This document shows positions 11,329 through 23,343 of a DNA stretch of 64,000 nt, piece by piece; position 1 is the first letter of the stretch; every line of letters starts with the position of its first letter. Below the pieces are notes generated by a model. That model was given only the letters and a program-made list of their open reading frames with translations. It was not told where the DNA came from and made no database searches. The DNA comes from Eledone cirrhosa (taxonomy: Eukaryota), in assembly GCA_964016885.1 (NCBI GenBank), contig OZ024758.1, positions 23,870,001 through 23,934,000 on the forward strand, in the 5' to 3' direction. Position numbers and translations under genes: made by a program.

Positions 11329-11707
11329 ATACCTTCCTGCCAGATTGTTGAACGTATATACTTACCTTATGCATATTAACGGCTGAGTAGCCCAATATGC
11401 ATATCGAGTGGGTTAATCGGCCGGGTGCACCGAAAACGATAAACGGAAAAAATGAAACGATATTTCATTTCCCACTCTTAGTACGGCTGTTACTTAAATA
11501 TAAGTATGTACACGTACATACATATATGTATACCGACGTACAGTAGTATGTATATATATATATACATACATGCACACATATATATATGCACGTATGGATT
11601 CACCGAACATTTATTATAATGCTCGGTGTGTTTGTAAACAAACATCCCGTATTAAGCCGTAGTGTCTAGCAACCACCGTTGCTCGTTTGTTCAACACTGA
11701 CAAAGGA

Positions 11708-11750
11708 ACGCTGTACTAGTTTCAAGCTTGTTAGCTATCGTCAGCAACGT
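11708..11750 (-). ncRNA. Type I hammerhead ribozyme, unit 2
   Basis: Same sequence as 11286-11328, offset 422. Confidence 0.85.
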
Positions 11751-12129
11751 ATACCTTCCTGCCAGATTGTTGAACGTATATACTTACCTTATGCATATTA
11801 ACGGCTGAGTAGCCCAATATGCATATCGAGTGGGTTAATCGGCCGGGTGCACCGAAAACGATAAACGGAAAAAATGAAACGATATTTCATTTCCCACTCT
11901 TAGTACGGCTGTTACTTAAATATAAGTATGTACACGTACATACATATATGTATACCGACGTACAGTAGTATGTATATATATATATACATACATGCACACA
12001 TATATATATGCACGTATGGATTCACCGAACATTTATTATAATGCTCGGTGTGTTTGTAAACAAACATCCCGTATTAAGCCGTAGTGTCTAGCAACCACCG
12101 TTGCTCGTTTGTTCAACACTGACAAAGGA

Positions 12130-12172
12130 ACGCTGTACTAGTTTCAAGCTTGTTAGCTATCGTCAGCAACGT
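12130..12172 (-). ncRNA. Type I hammerhead ribozyme, unit 3
   Basis: Same sequence as 11286-11328, offset 844. Confidence 0.85.
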
Positions 12173-12411
12173 ATACCTTCCTGCCAGATTGTTGAACGTA
12201 TATACTTACCTTATGCATATTAACGGCTGAGTAGCCCAATATGCATATCGAGTGGGTTAATCGGCCGGGTGCACCGAAAACGATAAACGGAAAAAATGCA
12301 ACCATATATATACATACTACTGTACGTCGGTATACATATATGTATGTACGTGTACATACTTATATATATAACGATATTAACAAATGGAAACTATATTTAT
12401 AAAACCATATT

Positions 12412-12476
12412 TATTTCATTATACATATTTCAAGGACAACAAGTTAAATTATGGTGTGCTTTCATCAGACAAAATA
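12412..12476 (-). ncRNA. Hammerhead motif, family C
   Basis: TATTTTGT-CTGATGA-AAG.C..C.CTT-GAAA-TATGTA-TA-ATGAAATA. Confidence 0.65.
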
Positions 12477-12567
12477 TAATATAGATCAGTTTTATAAATA
12501 AATATTGACATACCCTTAAAAAATGCAACCATTACTGTTGGAAGCTCCCGGATAGTGGAGTTGTTTA

Positions 12568-12606
<39 letters not shown>

Positions 12607-12664
12607 AACATCAAACAATTACAAGGGATAATTTGTAAAGAGTATAACCACACATAGTTGCAAG

Positions 12665-14908
12665 ATATCTCTTTTACCCTTTTACCTGTTTCAGCCATCC
12701 GGCTGAGGCCATGCTGGGGCACCGCCCTTGTTGCTACACATTTTATCTCCAGCCTGTATAGGTTGGCCACTGGTGTAGGAGGGAGTTTGTTGCTGCTGCC
12801 CTTAGGTTTCCCTCGTGTCTTGCTGTGGGCTCATCCGGGATCCTGGATAACAAGGTGTCGAGATGTTTCTTAAAGACATCCACCTCCACGTCATGCAAGT
12901 CTCGCAGATGCCTCGGCAACCTGTTGAAGAGTTGAGGGCCCTTGAATCCCAGGCTATTGCAATACCTGCTCCTTATTCTAGATGTGGAAGACGGGACCTT
13001 TGGCACCACACAGTGACGTCCTGTTCGACGGTTGGTCCAGCTCCCAATGCCAAAGTTTGGTGCTAGTCCCTCCAGGATTTTCCACATGTAGATCACTGCG
13101 TATCTCTTCCGTCTTCGTTCCAAGGAGTAGAGGTTCAGTTCCTTTAGCCTCTCCCAGTAGCTTGTCTCCCTCATCTTGGCAATCCTCTTGGTGTAGCTTC
13201 GCTGGATTGCCTCAAGCTCCGTGGTTAGTTTGACACTATGGGGTGACCACAGCTGGGAGCAGTAGTCCAGGCGGCTTAGGACAAAAGTCCTCCACAGTGT
13301 CAACATAGTGTCTCGATCTCTTGTAAGGAAAGTCCTCAAGATCCAGCCAGCAAATCGTCTGCATGTTGTCGCCACCTTCATGATGTGTGAAGAAAAAGAT
13401 GCATCATCGCTCATGTCTATGCCCAGGTCTCGTATCGATTTTGACACGGGGATATCGGTCCCTCCTGGTCCTGTGTAGCCGTGTTCCGCTATATTTGTGT
13501 TTGTGTTTGCAGGTTTGTATTGTAGGGCTTGGAATTTGCCAGCATTAAACTGCATGTTGTTGTCTTCCGCCCATCTGTATATGGCATCCAGATCCTGCTG
13601 TAAGAGGGCAGCGTCAGCCGGGTTTTTGATTGCCTGTGCTACCTTAGTGTCATCAGCATAGCTAGTGAGGGATGTTGTTGCATGCACCACAGAGGGCATG
13701 TCCGAGAGAGCCACCAAAAACAGTAGTGGTCCCAGGACTGTCCCCTGGGGCACCCCACTTGTTATCGGTGTTTCCCTCGAGAGGGCCCCATTTGTTGCGA
13801 CTGCCTGGCTTCTGTCCCTTAGGAAGCCATGCAGCCACTCACCTACTTTTCCAGCTATGCCGAGTCCGTGTAGTTTATGACATATCATTCCGTGGTCGAC
13901 CTTGTCAAAGGCCTTCGCAAAGTCAAGATATATCACGTCTACATGTGAGCTGTCTAGTAGTTGTCTCAGTACCCAGTCGTAGTGATGTAGCAGCTGTGTA
14001 AGGCAGCTTCTTCCTGGGCGGAAGCCATGTTGCGTGCTAGTCAGGCGGTCATTTTCTTCGAGGAAAGTGATTAGTTTCTTTCTGACGACTCGCTCCATGA
14101 CCTTACTGATATGCGACGTCAGGGAGACTGGCCTATAGTTCTTGGCCTCCGCTCTACTACCTCCTTTATGGATAGGGCATATTGTGCCTTCTTTCAGCTC
14201 CCTGGGTAGTACACCGCTAGCCAAGGAGCTTCTGAAGAGCATCTTCAGTGGAGTTGCTAAGGCCCGCTTACATATTTTTAGGAGAACTGCTGGGAATCCA
14301 TCAGGTCCAGCAGCCGAGTCTGTTCTAATTTCATCAATGGCGTACACCACATCCTCCTCCGTTATGTCTATGTGGTTGATGGTTGCCATTTCTTGATGTA
14401 GTGTTGTGGCATCAAAGAACTCCTCTGGCTTCGTTATTTGCATGTGCCTCAGTGGACATGTGAAGACACTTTTGTACTGTTCGTTCAGTATTTCACATAT
14501 CTCTTGGGGATTTTCGGTTAATGAACCGTCCGTGTGGAAGAGTGGTCCAATCTTGCAGTGTACTGAGGCAGTTTCTTTTGCAAATTTAAAGAAGGCCTTA
14601 GGGTTTGTTTTAATGTTTTCTATGGCCCTGTTCTCTTTCTTTGCCCTCTCATTCTCATGTGAAAGTTTGAGTGCAATCTCGGTGTCAAGTGCATGTTTCA
14701 AATAGGATTCCTTCTTGTTTTGGTTTTGTTGACTATTCAACTGGTTTGAGAGTTTAGTTCTACGTCTCATAAGGATTTTCCTATCTCTGGGAATAAGATT
14801 TTTGTGTGTGTTTGCCTCTTTCTCCGGGACACACTTTTTGCATATGGTGTGTATCGTTGTCATGAAGTGTTGAAATTGTGTGTTAGTGTCTTGTGTGGCG
14901 ATAATCAA
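12665..14908 (-). mobile_element. 5'-truncated CR1-group LINE
   Basis: RT ORF followed by a short 3' UTR GGCGGTGCCCCAGCATGGCCTCAGCCGGATGGCTGAAACAGGTAAAAG; no endonuclease domain in the window. Confidence 0.9.
12743..14908 (-). CDS. LINE ORF2 reverse transcriptase (N-terminally truncated, 721 codons open)
   Basis: GPDG, NYRPVSLTS, QHGFRPGRSC, YLDFAKAFDKVDH, GVPQGTVLGPLLF, YADDTK, DLGI, RLDYCSQLWSP motifs. The listed start is not a real initiator. Confidence 0.92.
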   Translation of the reverse strand: MIIATQDTNTQFQHFMTTIHTICKKCVPEKEANTHKNLIPRDRKILMRRRTKLSNQLNSQQNQNKKESYLKHALDTEIALKLSHENERAKKENRAIENIKTNPKAFFKFAKETASVHCKIGPLFHTDGSLTENPQEICEILNEQYKSVFTCPLRHMQITKPEEFFDATTLHQEMATINHIDITEEDVVYAIDEIRTDSAAGPDGFPAVLLKICKRALATPLKMLFRSSLASGVLPRELKEGTICPIHKGGSRAEAKNYRPVSLTSHISKVMERVVRKKLITFLEENDRLTSTQHGFRPGRSCLTQLLHHYDWVLRQLLDSSHVDVIYLDFAKAFDKVDHGMICHKLHGLGIAGKVGEWLHGFLRDRSQAVATNGALSRETPITSGVPQGTVLGPLLFLVALSDMPSVVHATTSLTSYADDTKVAQAIKNPADAALLQQDLDAIYRWAEDNNMQFNAGKFQALQYKPANTNTNIAEHGYTGPGGTDIPVSKSIRDLGIDMSDDASFSSHIMKVATTCRRFAGWILRTFLTRDRDTMLTLWRTFVLSRLDYCSQLWSPHSVKLTTELEAIQRSYTKRIAKMRETSYWERLKELNLYSLERRRKRYAVIYMWKILEGLAPNFGIGSWTNRRTGRHCVVPKVPSSTSRIRSRYCNSLGFKGPQLFNRLPRHLRDLHDVEVDVFKKHLDTLLSRIPDEPTARHEGNLRAAATNSLLHQWPTYTGWR

Positions 14909-15123
14909 AGTTCTTGTTTAATTTTTAATGTTTTAATATGTTACCCCTGTAACTATGTGTAGTTATACTCTTTACAAATTACCCCCTGTAATTGTTTGAT
15001 GTGTTTATATATATATATATATATATATTTGTGTGTGTGTATATATATTTATATATATACATATATATGTGTGTATATGTGTATATATATATGTGTGTGT
15101 GTATATATATATATATATGTGCG

Positions 15124-15155
<32 letters not shown>

Positions 15156-15353
15156 CGTATATATATATATATATATATACACATATATATATATATATAT
15201 ACACACCTATATGTATATGTGTATATATATATATATATGTGTGTGTATATATATATATATATATAATGAAAAATTGAACAGGGACAGAACAGAGAGGCAG
15301 TACGATAAATGTTTATTAAATTCACGCTCAGGAGAGTGGGGGGTAGGTGGGGG

Positions 15354-15385
15354 ACGACGTTTCGGGCATAAGCCCTTCTTCAGGT
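15354..15385 (-). ncRNA. Minimal Penelope-type hammerhead (weak helix I)
   Basis: AC-CTGAAGA-A-GGGC.TTAT.GCCC-GAAA-CG-TC-GT. Confidence 0.6.
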
Positions 15386-15659
15386 GAGAAGTGTGTGGGA
15401 ACAGAGTTCAAAAGGTGTGTAGGGGAGTGGTGGAGAGACATATAGCGAAAGGAAACGGTGCGAATGAAAAATTAACAAATAAAGACAAAAATATAATAAA
15501 TAGAAATATCATAAAGGTAATAACACAGGCGATCGTGAACAAAAAATCATAGAAATACAATATATATATACATATATGTATATAAAGTAAGTATGCAAAA
15601 GGTAAACAGAAATAACAGGAAAAACAGAAATAATATATATATAAATATATATATATATG

Positions 15660-15725
15660 ACAAGGGCGGTGCCCCAGCATGGCCTCAGCCGGATGGCTGA
15701 AACAGGTAAAAGGGTAACAGAGAAT
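15660..15725 (+). mobile_element. Isolated 3' tail of the CR1-group LINE
   Basis: Nearly identical to the reverse complement of 12668-12730. Confidence 0.8.
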
Positions 15726-15836
15726 ATATATATATATATATATGTATATACCGGTGAGGGATAGCTGAATAAAATAGGTGGGTCATAGAAAAAATACTTT
15801 ATTATTTAGTTCATAGTTACGTCTCTTTATGCCTAG

Positions 15837-16690
15837 ATGGACTGTATCAGTGAGCTGCTGAACATTATCAAACTTAGACCAATTACATCAATTGTCAAGT
15901 CAAGAGTACTCAAACTATACGGTCATATAAAAAGATCAACTAGTGGTGTGAGTAGGTTATTCCTGGAAGGAAAGTTGGCTGGTAAGAGAAGCAGAGGCTG
16001 GTGGCCAAAACGATGGCTTGACAATGTCAACCTATGTACTGGACTTGATCTTTGCTCCTTAAACTCTGCTGCTGGTGATCGAAAGGTATTATGTATTCCT
16101 AGAAGGAAAGTTGGCTGGTAAGAGAAGCAGAGGCTGGTGGCCAAAACGATGGCTTGACAATGTCAACCTATGGACTGGACTTGATCTTTGCTCCTTGAAC
16201 TCTGCTGTTGGTGATCGAAAGGTATTATGTATTCCTAGAAGGAAGGTTGGCTGGTAAGAGAAGCAGAGGCTGGTGGCCAAAACGATGGCTTGACAATGTC
16301 AACCTATGGACTGGACTTGATCTTTGCTCCTTGAACTCTGCTGTTGGTGATCGAAAGGTATTATGTATTCCTAGAAGGAAGGTTGGCTGGTAAGAGAAGC
16401 AGAGGCTGGTGGCCAAAACGATGGCTTGATAATGTCAACCTATGGACTGGACTTGATCTTTGCTCCTTGAACTCTGCTGTTGGTGATCGAAAGGTATTAT
16501 GTATTCCTAGAAGGAAGGTTGACTGGTAAGAGAAGCAGAGGCCGGCAGCCAAAACGATGGCTTGATAATGTCAACTTATGGACTGGACTTAATCTTTGCT
16601 CTTTGAACCCTGCTGTTGGTGATCGAACTTTGTGGAGATATATATACACACATGTTAATGCGCAGTCTGCAACTGGCGGAGGTTAGCGCC
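15837..16690 (+). mobile_element. RTE LINE 3' fragment with a 136-bp segment repeated ~5 times
   Basis: LKLYGHIKR..LEGKLAGKRSRG..PKRWLDNV; period 136 from ~15960. Confidence 0.85.
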
Positions 16691-17299
16691 ACAAGAGAGT
16701 TACATCGTGAACAAATTCTCATGAACAAATTCTTTGAAATATTTCTCTCTAACACGCGAACATTCTCACGACCTTGTCGTTAAGTTAGAGCTGATCTGTA
16801 GTTAAACATCAACATCAACGTACAAAGACATTCCAATCGAGACATCATTTTCTAAATCAGTAACTACATTGTCCAAAGTATATATTTTTAATTTAAGTCA
16901 GTGGTATTTGATAGATATTTAGCTGCTACTTGTAGCAGATCAGGTAAAGACTCCCTGGTGTTATATAAAATGTTATATAAGTGTATGATATAGATGAAGT
17001 CTTACAAATCTTTACCTGATACGGGTTCACACACGTACAAGATATAGTTAAGCTTTAACCCGTTTTTTTCCCTTGCTACATTACAAGAATTATACTTTCT
17101 AACCCAACAAATTATTTATTTTCCAATATTCATGTATCGCATAGCTCCACTCTAACAACATATTTCCAGAGAAATACACTTAGATCACCTCTTACACGAA
17201 ATAAAAATGGATGTGAAATGCATTATATAACTGCACACTAATCTACATACTGCAGTTAGCATCGGAAAGCAATCTATTGGAATTAATATTCCAAACCTT

Positions 17300-17374
<75 letters not shown>

Positions 17375-17589
17375 GAATGCTCACTCACACGTACATGTAT
17401 ACACACTCACACCCAAATACAGGAATACTCACTCACACGTATATGCATACTCACACACACACACATGCATACTCACACTCACGTACAGGAATACTCACTC
17501 ACGAGAGTAACACTTAAATCCATCCCTTTCTCCTCTCTCCATCCACCGATACAGTCTAACCATTTGTGTGGTGACCACTCTCTCTCATA

Positions 17590-18125
17590 TATATGGTGGA
17601 TGGATGCTACACAAGAATGCTGAGGGTGGCTCTGAACATTAATCAGTAACACTGAGGATGAAAAACTCAGAGCTGTATGGGAGCCTCCCAAAAGTCAGCT
17701 CAAAAGTGACACAGAGGAGACTGAGGTTAGCTGGACATGCTCACCGACATCCAGAGTTGACATTGCACTCAGTGCTCCTGTGGGAGCCCCTGCATGGACA
17801 CACTGGAAGAGGAAGACCGAGGTTATGTATGTATGTATGTATGTGTGTGTGTATATATATATATATACAGCTTGAAAGTGACACAGAGGAGACTGAGGTT
17901 AGCTGGACATGTTCACCGACATCCAGAGTTGACATTGCACTCAGTGCTCCTGTGGGAGCCCCTACATGGACACACTGGAAGAGGAAGACCGAGGTTAACG
18001 TATGTTGGTGCCCTAAGGACAGACACTGGTCTGTTGGAGATACAGGACATGGCAGCGATAATGATGGACAGAGACCGCTGGAGAGAACTCGTACATGGAT
18101 CTCGGGAATTTTACCCGCCCTAAAA
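17590..18125 (+). mobile_element. RTE-type LINE 3' end with internal duplication
   Basis: [29 protein letters not shown] occurs twice, separated by microsatellite. Confidence 0.75.
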
Positions 18126-18284
18126 TATATCATATATATATATATATATATATATAAGCAAAAGGGATATTTAATTTGTTGTTAATTCAACAAATATAAA
18201 TGTTTATAACTGATTCAAAGTACTCGACAGTTTTTCTGGAGTATAATATTCAATAAATGGAAACTATATTTATAAAACCATATT

Positions 18285-18345
18285 TATTCTATTATATATA
18301 TTTCAAGGGTACCAAAACTTTGGTACGCTCTCATCAGATAAAATA
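18285..18345 (-). ncRNA. Type I hammerhead, family C (left arm of palindrome)
   Basis: Reverse complement of 18439-18499. Confidence 0.8.
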
Positions 18346-18438
18346 CAAAGTTTGTTTTATAAATAAAATATTCCAGGAATAACTTGAACTGTTAAGATCT
18401 TATTCCTGGGTTTGTTAATATTTATAAAACAAACTTTG

Positions 18439-18499
18439 TATTTTATCTGATGAGAGCGTACCAAAGTTTTGGTACCCTTGAAATATATATAATAGAATA
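18439..18499 (+). ncRNA. Type I hammerhead, family C (right arm)
   Basis: TATTTTAT-CTGATGA-GAG.C.GTACCAAA.GT.TTTGGTAC.C.CTT-GAAA-TATATA-TA-ATAGAATA. Confidence 0.8.
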
Positions 18500-18536
18500 A
18501 ATATGGTTTTATAAATATAGTTTCCATTTATTTAAT

Positions 18537-18614
<78 letters not shown>

Positions 18615-18994
18615 GGGTCGTCAAGTATGAAATTTGTAGAATTTATTTTTTATTTTTTATTTTTTTTTTTTTTTACAAATTTCATACTTGCCGACCCAAT
18701 ACATGCATATATATATACATATATATACACACACATACAGATGCACTGTTCGTTCCTTGTTTATCATTATATATATATATATATATTATATATATATATA
18801 TATATATTCTAAATGTTTTTCCTACTATATCAAGCGTAGAACTAATATATTTCTTCATTGTACTGTGTCGTTTGCTTTGTTATTTCTGTTTACTTTTTAC
18901 ATGCACATGCGCGCGCGCGTGTGCGTGACTTTACTTCTATTCATTCGATGTGTTTGCGTTTTGAGTAAGAATATATTTGTTGAGTCTTAAAGAT

Positions 18995-19032
<38 letters not shown>

Positions 19033-19071
19033 AGATATATATCTTTATATATATATATCTTATATATATAA

Positions 19072-19693
19072 GTGTTTGGTGTGTGTGGTGGGTGTGTGTG
19101 TGTGTGTAGTATGTAGTTTGTAGTGTGTGTAGTGTTGTGTGTTGTGTATAGTGTGGTGGGTGTGTGGTGTGTTGTGTGTAGTGTGGTGTGTAGTGTGTTG
19201 TGTGTAGTGTAGTGGGTGTGTGTAGTGTGGTGGGTGTGTGTAGTGTGGTGGGTGTGTGTAGTGTGGTGGGTGTGTGGTGTGTGGTGTGTAGTGTGGTGGG
19301 TGTGTGGTGTGTGGTGTGTTGTGTTTAGTGTGGTGTGTAGTGTGGTGTGTGGTGTGTGGTGTGTAGTGTGTGGTGTGTAGTGTGGTGTGTGGTGTGTGGT
19401 GTGTAGTGTGTGGTGTGTAGTGTGGTGGGTGTGTGGTGTGTTGTGTTTAGTGTGGTGTGTGGTGTGTAGTGTGGGGTGTGTAGTGTGGTGGGGTGTGTAG
19501 TGTTGTGTGTAGTGTGGGGTGTGTAGTGTGGGGTGTTGTGTGTAGTGTGGTGGGTGTGTGGTGTGTGGTGAGGTGGGTGTGTTGTGTGTAGTGTGGTGTG
19601 TGGTGTGTTGTGTGTAGTGTGGTGTGTTGTGTGTGGTGTGTAGTTGGGGGTGTGTAGTGTGTGGTACGTAGTGTGTGTGTGTGTGTGTGTGTG
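19072..19693. repeat. Degenerate GT-rich microsatellite
   Basis: GTGTG/GTGTA/GTGG motifs. Confidence 0.9.
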
Positions 19694-19796
19694 TTTATAT
19701 CCCGTAATTTAGCAGCCCGACGGAAAGAGACCATTATTGTCAAAATTATTGTCACCACCGCCGCCACCATCGTCATCACCATCGCCACCACCACCA

Positions 19797-20120
19797 TTGG
19801 CAAAGCTAATCTCGGCGGGATTTGACCTCAGATCATAAAGGGCCGTAACTCTATGCTGCAAAGCATGGCGTCCGACCCTCTACCGATACTGCCAAGCCAC
19901 CGCCCTCATTGGTGAAATAATAATTGTTTCTACTTTTGGCACAAGGCCAGCAATTATCCCAGTGCATTACTGGTACTTTATTTTATCGACCCCGTAAGGA
20001 TGAACTATGCTTTTCATCCTTACGAGGTTAAAATAAAGTAACGGTCACGCACTGGGGTCGATTTAATCGACTTCCCCCGCTCAAAAAAATTTGCTGGCTT
20101 TGTGCCTATATAAGAAACCA
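19797..20120. mobile_element. Cluster of SINE fragments in both orientations
   Basis: SINE head (minus), tail (minus), tail (plus). Confidence 0.75.
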
Positions 20121-20737
20121 TTATTATTTCACCAATTAATCCAGTATCATTAAACCAAATTAATCCAAATTACCACCAAGCCCTAGGCACAGAGCCCAAC
20201 CCCTTCCCACTGTGACGCTAGAGCCCTTGCCTTTCCCTTCATTTTCTGCTTTTTGAAAAATATTTTATTTTACATTCCATTCTCTCTTCTCAATCTAATT
20301 TTTTTCTTTTTTTTTTTTCTATTAAATAGTTTTTACTATTATAATCGCCAATTTACTACTGTAAATAAAATACTATCCCAATTAATACAAGAAGGTGTGA
20401 AATGTGTTCCATTATAGGTTACTAGGTTAGTTGGAACGGTTTCTTGATGGAAGGGTCGTCGTAAAGACTTACCAATGAAATCAGCTTTCAGTGAAGTTGG
20501 AAACACTACCTCAGGCTACTCCAAGAATGAATCAATAAAGATTAATGTATAATATTTGCCAAGAAAAGAACAGCGGTAGTTTGCATGGAGACGTTGCCAA
20601 AAACCAAATTATAGTGGCTAAGGAGTCAATTTTCGACGCACGATTGTAATTTTTTTGAAATAAACGAACTAAAGACTTCATATTTTCGATAACCGATGAC
20701 CGACGACCGTGTATTTTGTATAACGACTTTACATAGT

Positions 20738-22947
20738 ATGGGGGAACCAGAGAACGGATCGCATGTGGCGGATAGCGATGGGGGAACCAGAGAACGGATC
20801 GTATGTGGCGGATAGCGATGGGGGGAACCAGAGAACGGATCGCATGTGGCGGATAGCGAAGGGGGGAACCAGAGAACGGATCGTATGTGGCGGATAGCGA
20901 TGGGAGGAACCAGAGAACGGATCGCATGTGGCGGATAGCGATGGGGGGAACCAGAGAACGGATCGTATGTGGCGGATAGCGATGGGGGGAACCAGAGAAC
21001 GGATCGCATGTGGCGGATAGCGAAGGGGGGAACCAGAGAACGGATCGCATGTGGCGGATAGCGAAGGGGGGAACCAGAGAACGGATCGTATGTGGCGGAT
21101 AGCGTTGGGAGGAACCAGAGAACGGATCGCATGTGGCGGATAGCGATGGGGGGAACCAGAGAACGGATCGCATGTGGCGGATAGCGATGGGGGGAACCAG
21201 AGAACGGATCGCATGTGGCGGATAGCGATGGGAGGAACCAGAGAACGGATCGCATGTGGCGGATAGCGAAGGGGGGAACCAGAGAACGGATCGTATGTGG
21301 CGGATAGCGTTGGGAGGAACCAGAGAACGGATCGCATGTGGCGGATAGCGATGGGGGGAACCAGAGAACGGATCGCATGTGGCGGATAGCGATGGGGGGA
21401 ACCAGAGAACGGATCGCATGTGGCGGATAGCGAAGGGGGGAACCAGAGAACGGATCGCATGTGGCGGATAGCGAAGGGGGGAACCAGAGAACGGATCGCA
21501 TGTGGCGGATAGCGAAGGGGGGAACCAGAGAACGGATCGCATGTGGCGGATAGCGATGGGGGGAACCAGAGAACGGATCGCATGTGGCGGATAGCGATGG
21601 GGGAACCAGAGAACGGATCGCATGTGGCGGATAGCGAAGGGGGGAACCAGAGAACGGATCGCATGTGGCGGATAGCGATGGGGGGAACCAGAGAACGGAT
21701 CGCATGTGGCGGATAGCGATGGGGGAACCAGAGAACGGATCGTATGTGGCAGATAGCGATGGGGGGAACCAGAGAACGGATCGCATGTGGCAGATAGCGA
21801 TGGGAGAAACCAGAGAACGGATCGCATGTGGCAGATAGCGATGGGGGGAACCAGAGAACGGATCGCATGTGGCGGATAGCGATGGGGGGAACCAGAGAAC
21901 GGATCGCATGTGGCGGATAGCGATGGGGGGAACCAGAGAACGGATCGCATGTGGCGGATAGCGATGGGGGGAACCAGAGAACGGATCGCATGTGGCGGAT
22001 AGCGATGGGGGGAACCAGAGAACGGATCGCATGTGGCGGATAGCGAAGGGGGGAACCAGAGAACGGATCGCATGTGGCGGATAGCGAAGGGGGGAACCAG
22101 AGAACGGATCGCATGTGGCGGATAGCGAAGGGGGGAACCAGAGAACGGATCGCATGTGGCGGATAGCGATGGGGGGAACCAGAGAACGGATCGCATGTGG
22201 CGGATAGCGATGGGGGAACCAGAGAACGGATCGCATGTGGCGGATAGCGAAGGGGGGAACCAGAGAACGGATCGCATGTGGCGGATAGCGATGGGGGGAA
22301 CCAGAGAACGGATCGCATGTGGCGGATAGCGATGGGGGAACCAGAGAACGGATCGTATGTGGCAGATAGCGATGGGGGGAACCAGAGAACGGATCGCATG
22401 TGGCGGATAGCGATGGGAGAAACCAGAGAACGGATCGCATGTGGCAGATAGCGATGGGGGGAACCAGAGAACGGATCGCATGTGGCGGATAGCGATGGGG
22501 GGAACCAGAGAACGGATCGCATGTGGCGGATAGCGATGGGGGGAACCAGAGAACGGATCGCATGTGGCGGATAGCGATGGGGGGAACCAGAGAACGGATC
22601 GCATGTGGCGGATAGCGATGGGGGGAACCAGAGAACGGATCGTATGTGGCAGATAGCGATGGGGGGAACCAGAGAACGGATCGCATGTGGCGGATAGCGA
22701 TGGGGGGAACCAGAGAACGGATCGCATGTGGCGGATAGCGATGGGGGGAACCAGAGAACGGATCGCATGTGGCGGATAGCGATGGGGGGAACCAGAGAAC
22801 GGATCGTATGTGGCGGATAGCGATGGGGGAACCAGAGAACGGATCGCATGTGGCGGATAGCGATGGGGGGAACCAGAGAACGGATCGCATGTGGCAGATA
22901 GCGATGGGGGGAACCAGAGAACGGATCGCATGTGGCGGATAGCGATA
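20738..22947. repeat. ~41-bp GC-rich minisatellite (~54 units)
   Basis: G5-6AACCAGAGAACGGATCG(C/T)ATGTGGC(G/A)GATAGCGA(T/A). Confidence 0.95.
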
Positions 22948-23343
22948 CGGCCACCAGATATGATGGCTAGTTGCGATATAAGCGGGCAACTGCCAGACGA
23001 ATAAGCAACCCTGGACCAACAGTGGTAAACTACTAGGGGAGATGGAGCAATGGGTGACACCTGCGGCTCCCAAGAATATTCTTTCACCCAGTGGCTTAGC
23101 TACGACGAGGCGAGTAAAGGCCGCCTCTAAATATGCCTAGTCTTCGCAGGTTTGACAAAATGCCAGATTGGTGACTGGCGTGGATAAGACCACCGAAACT
23201 GAAATATGATGACGAAAGAAAGACACAGGAAACAGTCTAAAGTAACTGAAATATCTTCAGGTATAGAAAAATATTTAGGGAACTGTCGTTCTGTCCACAT
23301 TAACTGCCCATACCTGAGTGGCCAAAGGATGTCTGTGAAATAA

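Larger units (their letters stand above)
11023..12298 (-). mobile_element. Retrozyme-like tandem array, 3 x 422 bp, one hammerhead per unit
   Basis: Units start at 11023, 11445 and 11867 (a fourth begins at 12289). (TA)n on the left, an inverted internal piece at ~12307-12365 on the right; non-coding. Confidence 0.85.

Noticed and set aside
20532-23087. ORFs of 741-851 aa on the minus strand
   Set aside because: Translation of a stop-free tandem unit in all three frames; no domain.
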